Assembly: GCA_031409655.1 (NCBI GenBank)
Contig: JANNXQ010000294.1
Location: forward strand, 1-24,445
Direction of reading: 5' to 3'
From: Chthoniobacteraceae bacterium
GTDB taxonomy: Bacteria > Verrucomicrobiota > Verrucomicrobiia > Chthoniobacterales > Chthoniobacteraceae
DNA length: 24,445 nt
The notes under the pieces are model-generated. The model was given only the letters and a program-made list of their open reading frames with translations. It was not told where the DNA came from and did not search any database. The translations under genes and the position numbers were made by a program. Every line of letters starts with the position of its first letter. Within the stretch, counting starts at the first letter, position 1. Shown one piece after another: positions 15,977-24,445 of the stretch.

Positions 15977-17463
15977 TTCGGCTCCCCCGGAACGCGCTGC
16001 GGGCGAGGGTCGCCGCCGGTCAGCTTAAAGATTTCGCCAAGACTCTCTGCCTCCTCTTTCCGCTCCGGCGGCAGGGCCGCAAGCATCTCCGCTTCCAGTT
16101 CGCCAAAAGCCAGTCGCCGCGACTCCAGCCACGCAGAGTCTTCACTCTGCGGACGCTGCGCGGCCACGAGACCAGCGCGGGCCAGCGCCACGAAACGGTC
16201 GCGCGCCACCCGGACCAGCGGCTCGCGCCCGGCCTCGTCGAGTCCGGCCAGCTCGCCGACCATGGTGGCGTAAAAGCGCGCAACCTTCTCCGGTTCGGAC
16301 TCCATTTTCTGGGCCTCGCGCTCGACGACGTAGAGCTCACCGAAGTCCGTCATCTGCGCGCCGAATTGCTGCGCGAGCCGCGCGCGATCCTGGACGTCCG
16401 CCTGCTCGATCCGCTTCTTGAATTCCCGAATCTGGCGGAACTTGGCCGACACCTTGCGCGCGAGATCTTCGACCTGGCCGTAGGAGACCACCACCTCGGT
16501 CTCGACGCGCTCGACTTTGCGCTGGAGCGCCGCGAGTTTTTCCTCGGCCTGCACTCGCCGCGCCTGCTTGGCCCGGAGCTGCTCCCAGGCCGCGAGCACC
16601 TCGCCACCCGAGGCCGTGGAGATCTGGGACGCGCCTCGACTCATCGGCGGAGTGGAGGCGCGCGAGGGTGCGGCGTCCTGAGCAGCCCGCGCGACCACGA
16701 GGCGTCCATGGGTTCGCTGCAGGATGGCGACGGGCAGCGCGGCCAGGACGATGGCGGCGACGGCGAGTTTGGCGGCGGTGTGGGACATGATCGTGGTGAG
16801 AAGGAGTGCGGCTGGCGCAGTGCTGGCACTGGTGGAGAGCGCCGCGGCGGCCAGCCCCGCCTGCGCCGGCACAGTGCTTTGGAGCGCCGCGCCGCCGGTG
16901 AGCAGCGCCGCGGCCGATGCGCCGATCCCGCGGCGACGCAGCCGGGCACCCAGCTCCCGCAACGCGCGGGAGACGCGCTGTCGCGCCGCCGCTTCGCTCA
17001 CGCCGAGCGCCGTCGCCATCTCGGCGTAGCTGCGATCTTCAAAGTAGTGCAGGACCAGCGCCTCACGCTCCTTTGCCCCGAGCGCGGCGAGGCTTTCATC
17101 CAGCGCCGTCCAGTGGGCCGCATCCCGCGCGACGCCCGCGCCTTCCCGAGCCAGCGCCTCATGGCGAGCTCGTGCCCGCGCTTCACTCCGTACCGCACGC
17201 GCCCCGAGATAGCTCGCCGCCTGATGCAGCCAGCCCGCGAGACTTTCGCGCCCGGCCAGCCACGCCGCCTTGCGCGCGAGCAACGCGAAGACCTGTTGCG
17301 CCACATCGCGCGCCAGCTCCACATCACCCGTGCGCCGGACCGCGGCCCCGAGCACCATCCGCTGATGCGCCGCCACGAGCGCCCCGAACGACGCCTCGCA
17401 ACCTTCACGCAGATAACGCGCGAGCAATTCGGCATCGGAGGCGGAGAGAGCGGGTGCCGACAT
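15973..17463 (-). CDS. ECF sigma-70 factor with transmembrane C-terminal extension (496 aa)
   Basis: From ATG 17463: SDAELLARY...SFGALVAAHQRMV...LARDVAQQVFALLARKA...LAGWLH (region 2); LDESLAALGAKEREALVLHYFEDRSYAEMATALGVSEAAARQRVSRAL (region 4); then a hydrophobic segment and a ~250-aa helical domain. Confidence 0.92.
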   Translation of the reverse strand: MSAPALSASDAELLARYLREGCEASFGALVAAHQRMVLGAAVRRTGDVELARDVAQQVFALLARKAAWLAGRESLAGWLHQAASYLGARAVRSEARARARHEALAREGAGVARDAAHWTALDESLAALGAKEREALVLHYFEDRSYAEMATALGVSEAAARQRVSRALRELGARLRRRGIGASAAALLTGGAALQSTVPAQAGLAAAALSTSASTAPAALLLTTIMSHTAAKLAVAAIVLAALPVAILQRTHGRLVVARAAQDAAPSRASTPPMSRGASQISTASGGEVLAAWEQLRAKQARRVQAEEKLAALQRKVERVETEVVVSYGQVEDLARKVSAKFRQIREFKKRIEQADVQDRARLAQQFGAQMTDFGELYVVEREAQKMESEPEKVARFYATMVGELAGLDEAGREPLVRVARDRFVALARAGLVAAQRPQSEDSAWLESRRLAFGELEAEMLAALPPERKEEAESLGEIFKLTGGDPRPQRVPGEPK

Positions 17464-17557
17464 CACCCCATACTTCCCCGACTCGCGGGCTCTTGTGACA
17501 AAATACTTTCTCCCACCCCAGTCCGGGCCTGCCGGTGCTTCACCGCACCCGCTCTGC

Positions 17558-17846
17558 TCACTCCTCCTGCACCACCACCACATCCTTCGGGTACAGGGAG
17601 AAATAGACACTGTCGCCTTTGCTGAAACATTCCTCGTGCGCGCTTTCGTTCGCGGCGCAGGCGGAAAGTTCCAGACCGCTCTCGTGGCGCAGGGTTGGTT
17701 CGTCGGTCGCGACTTCGCAAATTTCCTCGGAGATCACCGCTTCGAAGACATTCACTTCGGCTATCGGTCGCCGCTTCTCAATGTGGATCTTTTCCGGGCC
17801 GTTGGAGACGAGAGCTTCCTTCGCGTCGAGCGCGGAGAGCGGCTCA
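17558..17846 (-). pseudogene. Degenerate duplicate of the 3' part of the potA-like gene
   Basis: 17558-17827 aligns without gaps to 21529-21798 (29 mismatches in 270 nt by hand count). 17826-17846 is identical to 22118-22138. Confidence 0.93.
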
Positions 17847-18305
17847 ATTGCACCCTGCCGAGAAACGCACTTTTGCATGGACCGGCCACAATCATCGTCT
17901 GGCTCGTGGTTGTAAATGGCGTTCTAACTCACGGGCTGGTGGGCATTTGCTGGCGCCCCTCACCTTGATGCTCAACTCCTTCTTCCGCCAAAGTCTATGA
18001 CCTACTCTAAACTACATAATTATTGCAAAACAGCAGGAGACTAGCCACCATCAACCCTCAAGTCAGGCCATGAATGCTTTTGTCACGCCATTCTTCACCG
18101 AAAACCTCGCCAGACTCCCAGCGTCCACAACTTCAGTTCGGCCATTTTCGCGCCACGATCAAGGTTTCGCAGCCCCGCTCTCCCAGTCTCCACGCTCACA
18201 TCGTCATTTGTCCGATTGGCTTCCGTCCGGGCGCGCTGAAGAGCAATCCCGGGCCACAATTCCCAGGAACGGACCGGTCGTGAGGAAAATAGTCATGCGC
18301 CGGGA

Positions 18306-19334
18306 ATGAAAACGCCGCCCTCCGTCAGCATCATCATTCCCGCTTGGAACGCGGGCCGGTTCCTCACTGCCACCCTAGCCAGCATTCAGGCGCAAACCGT
18401 GCAGGACTGGGAATGCGTAATCGTAAGTAATGGCTCGACTGACGACACCGCACGAATCGCTGCCGATTGGTCACGGGCAGATCCAAGATTCTGCCTGCTT
18501 TCAACCGAGGAAAAGAATCAATGCATTGCACGAAACCTTGGGTTCTCGCAAACTCACAAAGAATCCAAGTACGTTACTTTCATGGATGCGGATGATATCT
18601 GGCTTCCAGATGCCTTGGAGTCCTTGCGAAATGAACTGGAGACCCACGATGAGGCAATTGGGGCACATGCACTTGCCGAAATCATCGACGAAGCTGGAGT
18701 GGTCAAAAATCCCGGAGCGTTTGCGCAGTTTGGCGCAACTCGCTACGGCTACGCGAACAAGCGCATTCGAGCATGGGACTCATCCGAGGCTACTTGTTTC
18801 GAATCTCTGATCTGGGCGTTTCGTATGTTCCCACCGGGGTTACTGTTGACGCGGCGGAAGTGTTTAGAGCGGGTCGGTCTTTTTGATGCATCGCTACAAC
18901 GCGGCGTGGACTGGGATCTAGCGATTCGGATTAGCAGAGAGGGACCTATTCGATTCCTAAACCGCGTCATTCTATTTTATCGAATGCATGAGTCGAATCT
19001 GTCCCGAGACCACAGCAAGAGTCAGGATTGGATTCTGGCGATTCAGAATAAAACAGTTACTTCGTCGGAAAACTCGGAGGAGCAGAAGCGGATCCTGCGG
19101 GAGGGGTGGCCGGCTTGGGAGCGGTTTATGGCAAAGGAACGAATAAAAATGGCCATCGGCGCATTCGGCTTAATTCAATGTCGCACCGGAGCGCGTCATC
19201 TTCTTAGCGCGTTCCATCACGGCATTCGATCCCTCGCGATGGCACCACATCTGCATCGTCATGAACGGGATCTGAGTCTCACGTGCGACCCCTCGGCAAT
19301 TGGGGACGCGGCCGCGCCAAGGATCAACCGCTAA
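18306..19334 (+). CDS. Glycosyltransferase family 2
   Basis: PSVSIIIPAWNAGRFL...SIQAQT...VIVSNGSTD...ARNLG...FMDADD (DxD)...GLFDASL...VDWDLAIR. Confidence 0.92.
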   Translation: MKTPPSVSIIIPAWNAGRFLTATLASIQAQTVQDWECVIVSNGSTDDTARIAADWSRADPRFCLLSTEEKNQCIARNLGFSQTHKESKYVTFMDADDIWLPDALESLRNELETHDEAIGAHALAEIIDEAGVVKNPGAFAQFGATRYGYANKRIRAWDSSEATCFESLIWAFRMFPPGLLLTRRKCLERVGLFDASLQRGVDWDLAIRISREGPIRFLNRVILFYRMHESNLSRDHSKSQDWILAIQNKTVTSSENSEEQKRILREGWPAWERFMAKERIKMAIGAFGLIQCRTGARHLLSAFHHGIRSLAMAPHLHRHERDLSLTCDPSAIGDAAAPRINR

Positions 19335-19342
19335 ATGAAATA

Positions 19343-20200
19343 ATGTACAAGTTCCTCCAGTTCACTGCAGACTCGCTAGACGTGTGTAACTTAATGTACG
19401 TTGGTTGGTTAAGATACATCCAATCTCTTCACGAACCGAAGACACGCCGCAATCCGGACAACTTGGTAGGTCAGCTTATTCCGGCAATGGCGCGATGGCG
19501 TGCGAGGTTCTTAAGCAAAAAAACACTCGCAAATCTCCGCGCTGATCCATTTTACTACTTTTTGCTCGCGCGTTCCATTTATTACGATCAAGTAATGCTT
19601 AAAGGCATTTCTGAGGATCTGCTGCAGATTATAATCATTGGCTGCGGAACCGACACGCGCGCCCATCGTTTCAGTCAGATTCTGTGCAGCAAAGGCGCAA
19701 CTGTTCTGGAATGCGATCAACCCGAGGTTATCGGGATTAAGCGAGAAAGCGCTGGTCGGCGATGGCTTTCCGCGCATGTCAGTTACTTGGCGCTTGATTT
19801 GAACGCCTCCCGCTGGCCCGAGTTCGCGGATTGGCTCCGGGGACGCGCCGGCAAAAAGACCCTGGTCCTGATGGAGGGCGTAAGCCCTTACATTAAAGAG
19901 CAAACGTTTTGTGACTTCTTGCGGCTTTTGCGGGAAAACATCCAGCCCGGGAGTCTTCTAGCCTACGACTTCAAAGTTCAAGGGTCGAACAATCAACTGG
20001 GGCGCTCCGGAGACACCCTTGAGCCGTTCCGGTTGCCCCGTTCTTACCAGCCAGTAGCCTGCTTCCATGAGCGCCTTGGGTTTAGCATCGAGTCCATGGA
20101 GTTCAGTCCTGAGCTTTGCGCTCGCCTACTGCCGGATGTGAGCAAATCGGCCGATTCCTTCTTTTCTGAAGACGGTCTGGTCCAACTGCGGTGGAACTGA
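19343..20200 (+). CDS. Class I SAM-dependent methyltransferase, LCM/TcmP-like O-methyltransferase family
   Basis: ARSIYYD...QIIIIGCGTDTRAHR...LECDQPEVI..K...LALDL...TLVLMEGVSPYI. ATG 19343 lies 8 nt after the GT2 stop. Confidence 0.85.
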   Translation: MYKFLQFTADSLDVCNLMYVGWLRYIQSLHEPKTRRNPDNLVGQLIPAMARWRARFLSKKTLANLRADPFYYFLLARSIYYDQVMLKGISEDLLQIIIIGCGTDTRAHRFSQILCSKGATVLECDQPEVIGIKRESAGRRWLSAHVSYLALDLNASRWPEFADWLRGRAGKKTLVLMEGVSPYIKEQTFCDFLRLLRENIQPGSLLAYDFKVQGSNNQLGRSGDTLEPFRLPRSYQPVACFHERLGFSIESMEFSPELCARLLPDVSKSADSFFSEDGLVQLRWN

Positions 20201-20362
20201 GTTACCAGTGCAATAGTCATCTTAAAGTCCTCCACCCCTGATTGGTACAGGCACTTCGCTCGCCGAAGACGGGATGAACTTGAGTGTAAATCGACAGGAA
20301 TTCTACGACTCCCGGATACGACGCGGCATTGGCATCTGGTCCATTTCCATCCCCAATGTCAC

Positions 20363-21310
20363 TCACGAGGCAAACGGGTCCGGAACGAGTCTCACAAGAC
20401 CGCGCGTGGTGTAGTTACGAGAGCGCCGGCGTTCCCGCAGATACTGCAGGCAGGCATGCAGGTGGCGCGTCGCCAAGAGGAGACGTTCCGGCGGGTGAGC
20501 CCGCGGCAGCAAGGCGTCGAACGCCATAAAACGCCGAACCGCAGCCTTCAATAAGTGACGCCGCGGATTTACCCAGTCAGCGTTTTCCCAATGGTAGGAA
20601 AGATAGGCGTCGGTGCGGCCCATCTTGCGCGCGTTCTCCAGCCATTGGGAGTTCGCGAGGCGGCGTTCGTCAAAGTGATGCTCGACCTCCGCGTTCAAGG
20701 CTGCGGCGATCCTGTAGCCAGCCTGGCGCAATTGCAGCGAGAAGAGTGTGTCGTCTCCGAATCCGATCGCCCCGGGGCCGAGTTCGGGATCAAAGGCGGG
20801 GACCTTTGCCAGCACCGCCCGGGAGAAAGCCATGTTGGCCCCGATCATGCGGCTTGGATCTTTCGGATCGAGTGAATCGGTGCTGGCCAGCCAGGCGCGG
20901 TGATAATCGGTCATCCAGCTGTGCTCCAGATGGGGCGCCAGGCGGATTCTGCCAGTCACGGCATCGGCCTCGCCGGATGATATGGGGAAGCAAAGTTTTA
21001 CTAGCCAGTCCGCCGCGGGGATCACGTCGTCATCGGTGAAGACGATAATGTTGCCGTTAGCAGCGGCGAGGCCAGTATTGCGCGCATAAGATTGTCCGCC
21101 GCAAGGTTCGCGGAGGTAGCGGACTGGCATCCTAGGATCGCCTTGTGCGCCGGCGACGATCGCCGCCGTGTCGTCGGTGGAGGCATTGTCCACAACGAGG
21201 ATTTCGCCGGTCATGTTCGCGGGAATCGTCACGCGGCCGAGGGCATCGAGTGTCCGAGCGAGACTGGACGCCCGATTGCGCGTGCAAATGATGATGGAGA
21301 CGCGGGTCAT
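20363..21310 (-). CDS. Glycosyltransferase family 2
   Basis: VSIIICTRNRA...EILVVDNASTD...ARNTG...IVFTDDD...GANMAF...FDPELG...GDDT. Confidence 0.93.
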   Translation of the reverse strand: MTRVSIIICTRNRASSLARTLDALGRVTIPANMTGEILVVDNASTDDTAAIVAGAQGDPRMPVRYLREPCGGQSYARNTGLAAANGNIIVFTDDDVIPAADWLVKLCFPISSGEADAVTGRIRLAPHLEHSWMTDYHRAWLASTDSLDPKDPSRMIGANMAFSRAVLAKVPAFDPELGPGAIGFGDDTLFSLQLRQAGYRIAAALNAEVEHHFDERRLANSQWLENARKMGRTDAYLSYHWENADWVNPRRHLLKAAVRRFMAFDALLPRAHPPERLLLATRHLHACLQYLRERRRSRNYTTRGLVRLVPDPFAS

Positions 21311-21528
21311 ATGAGGTAGGAGTTAAGGCAAGGGCTTACTGTTCCCGCTCGGAACAGGCGTCCGACAGACGCCTTGATCTCCTGTTTGATCCGCGGCCAA
21401 AAAGTACAGGTATCCCTTCATTGATCGATGATTTTTTGTCTGTGAACGCGATTCAAGCCCACGTTACGTGCGCAAGGGGCAAGCTCTGGCCCAGGCCGGA
21501 GGTGTAGGGTCTCAATCGCACTCGACCG

Positions 21529-22629
<1,101 letters not shown>

Positions 22630-22850
22630 TTGTAGGAATTAACGAAACCAGCGGAACCCGCGCGCGGCAAGGTAGATTCCGGGCGGCGACGCCCGACCCT
22701 TTGCGCGAAGACTCGCTCGACGGCTGCCAAGTCCACTCCGGTTTGCGAACACCCGCGCATTCTGCGCTGAGGCAGAAGATGGAAGCGGCTGACTGGGCGG
22801 CGCACATTCACATTGCTTGCCGGGGCGAGGCGCGCCACCCTGCCCGGCGT

Positions 22851-23429
22851 ATGATCCTTGCCATTCTGTTCGTCCTCGTCGCCGTCATCTATCGGGTCGT
22901 CCTCGGCATCGCCGGGAGCGCGCATCTGGATTGGCTGCACAATTTCTCGCCCTTCGCCGCCATCGCGCTTTGCGGCGCGCTTTATCTCCCCCGCCGCCTG
23001 GCGATCGCCGTCCCGCTCGTCGCGCTTTTCGTCTCGGATCTTTTCCTCAATGCCCACTACGGCATCGCGCTCGTGAGCCTCGCGATGCTCCCTGGCTACC
23101 TGGCACTCGGCCTTTGCGTGGCGCTCGGTCTGCGCCTGCGGGAAACACCGCAACTCGCCCGGATTCTCGGTGCGACGGTCGTGGGCTCGATCGCCTTTTA
23201 CGTGATCACCAACTCGGCCGCCTGGCTCGTGGAGCCGCTCTATCCGCGTAGCGCCGCTGGTCTCTGGCAGGCGCTGACCACTGGGCTGCCTGGCTATCCA
23301 CCCACCCTCGTTTTCTTCCGCAATTCGCTCGCGAGCGATCTGCTCTTCACGCTCCTCTTCGTCGGCTGCATGGCCGTGGCGCGGAAAGGTGCCGAGCCTG
23401 CGGGAGCGACGGCGCGCAAGCTGGCCTAA
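22851..23429 (+). CDS. DUF6580-like integral membrane protein (putative transporter component)
   Basis: About six hydrophobic segments; HNFSPFAAIALCGALY, SDLFL, FYVITN...W...YP, FFRNSLASDLLF. The start was taken at ATG 22851. Confidence 0.75.
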   Translation: MILAILFVLVAVIYRVVLGIAGSAHLDWLHNFSPFAAIALCGALYLPRRLAIAVPLVALFVSDLFLNAHYGIALVSLAMLPGYLALGLCVALGLRLRETPQLARILGATVVGSIAFYVITNSAAWLVEPLYPRSAAGLWQALTTGLPGYPPTLVFFRNSLASDLLFTLLFVGCMAVARKGAEPAGATARKLA

Positions 23430-24379
23430 CGGCTCGCGGCTTCCGCCTTGGGGTCGGCGGCGTCGAGGAAGACATCCATCTGCTGGCCGACATAGACCGG
23501 GATGCCGGGCTGGTCGAAGCGGAAGATGATCTGCAGCACCCGGGTATCGACGCGCTCGCTGCTTTCGCCGGTCAGGGATTTCTTCGGCACGATGTAGGGG
23601 TCGATGCGGACGAAGCCGAGCGGGATCGGGTGATCGCGCCGGCCTTTGATGAAGGCCACGGCCTGGCAATCGGGGCGGACGCGGGAGGCATTGTCCTCGT
23701 CCACGTCGGCGCGGAGTTGGAAGCGGCTCACCTGACCGAGCAGGATGACCGGTTCGGCGTTCTGATTGACTCCGGCATACTCGCCGGCCCGCACATTCAC
23801 CTGGAGGATAGTGCCATCGCGCGGCGCGCGGATGGTGAGGAGTTCGAGCTGCACTTCGGAACTCGCGAGCTGCGCCTGGGCAAAGGCGAGTTGGGCCCGG
23901 GCGCTCTCCAGCTTGGTCGTCGCGGCCTGCACGGCGAACTGCGCGCGCTGCCGCTCCTCGACGCTGGAGACTTTGTTCTCGGTCAGCTTTTCCATCCGCG
24001 CCCATTGATCTTCTCGATCCGCGAGCGTCACCTCGGCTTCACGGATGCCCGCTCCGAGGGTCGCGAGCTGCGCCCGCTGCGCGCCGACTTGCGCCGCAGC
24101 TTCCCGAGTATCCTGCTCGAGCAGCACGTCACCCTGCTTCACGGCGTCACCGACTTTTACATTCACCTTCGTCACCAGAGCGGCGACGGCCGGCGCGATG
24201 CGCACATTTTCATCCAGGCTCTCGATGATCCCCCGCGCGCCGATGGAATCGGGAAACGGCGAACTCGCCGGCACCGCGACCGGCGGCGGCGCGGGCGGCT
24301 CGTCGCGGAGACGTTTCACGAGGAAGCCGGCGGCAATGATGCCGGCCAGCGCGAGCCAGACAGAGAGACGTTTTAGCAT
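23426..24379 (-). CDS. Efflux periplasmic adaptor (HlyD/RND-MFP family)
   Basis: N-terminal TM; VNVKVGDAVKQGDVL and TIRAPRDGTILQVNVRAGE lipoyl half-motifs around a coiled coil; ERVDTRVLQI. Confidence 0.92.
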   Translation of the reverse strand: MLKRLSVWLALAGIIAAGFLVKRLRDEPPAPPPVAVPASSPFPDSIGARGIIESLDENVRIAPAVAALVTKVNVKVGDAVKQGDVLLEQDTREAAAQVGAQRAQLATLGAGIREAEVTLADREDQWARMEKLTENKVSSVEERQRAQFAVQAATTKLESARAQLAFAQAQLASSEVQLELLTIRAPRDGTILQVNVRAGEYAGVNQNAEPVILLGQVSRFQLRADVDEDNASRVRPDCQAVAFIKGRRDHPIPLGFVRIDPYIVPKKSLTGESSERVDTRVLQIIFRFDQPGIPVYVGQQMDVFLDAADPKAEAASR

Positions 24380-24385
24380 GGGAAG

Positions 24386-24445
24386 TCAGACATATTGCAT
24401 GTGGTAGTCGCGGCCATTGTGAACGGCTTTCACGACGCCGTCTTC
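24386..24445 (-). CDS. 3' end of an upstream gene, probably an ABC exporter ATP-binding protein (partial)
   Basis: Reads EDGVVKAVHNGRDYHMQYV*. EDG resembles the terminal strand of ABC ATPases, and the stop lies 6 nt before the adaptor ATG. Confidence 0.5.
   Translation of the reverse strand, partial: EDGVVKAVHNGRDYHMQYV

Larger units (their letters stand above)
17847..21528. mobile_element. Probable horizontally acquired islet (GT2, methyltransferase, GT2) between potA direct repeats; no mobility gene
   Basis: Visibly more AT-rich with many A/T-ending codons (especially 17950-20350), and bounded by the two potA 3'-end copies. Confidence 0.6.

Noticed and set aside
17464..17505. TGTCACA upstream of the TM-ECF as an autoregulatory -35 element
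   Set aside because: There is a single occurrence and no recognisable ECF -10 at the expected spacing.
15161..17625. Plus-strand ORFs 15161..16273 and 15562..17625
   Set aside because: They are Arg/Ala-rich shadow frames opposite the ECF operon.
18074..18283. Small ORF with FGHF...PSLHAHIVIC, reminiscent of an HUH relaxase motif at the islet edge
   Set aside because: It is only 69 aa, has no catalytic Tyr region or other relaxase context, and is likely chance. An HMM search would settle it.
21339..21357. Hairpin CTGTTCC-N5-GGAACAG as a terminator
   Set aside because: There is no U-tract on either strand, and it lies just upstream of a start codon.
22630..22850. Cobalamin riboswitch upstream of the DUF6580-like gene
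   Set aside because: No GCCACTG/GGGAAG or B12-box motifs are visible.

Overview
High-GC bacterial DNA whose gene content and style suggest Verrucomicrobiota (inference only). In order, the window holds: (1) a Ser/Thr kinase (partial, missed by the ORF track) and an ECF sigma factor, each preceded by a near-identical 27-bp ECF-type promoter motif; (2) a decayed patch with a truncated secreted Ig-like gene and a frameshifted ClpA/B/C-family pseudogene; (3) a bPH-domain gene, pepF and a TPR gene; (4) a Tat-signal DUF1501 gene paired with a 2400-aa secreted DUF1800 protein (Calx-beta, six PA14, putative Ig, CHRD, inserted beta repeats); (5) a membrane-anchored ECF sigma factor whose C-terminal domain is repeated as a stand-alone, translationally coupled downstream gene, which is the best candidate for an undescribed system; (6) a lower-GC cassette (two GT2 genes and a methyltransferase) bracketed by an intact potA-like gene and a decayed, internally deleted copy of its 3' end; (7) a DUF6580 membrane protein, an efflux adaptor and the tail of a probable ABC ATPase. 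No rRNA, tRNA, CRISPR array, integrase or transposase was seen. All family assignments come from motif recognition by eye, not from database searches.
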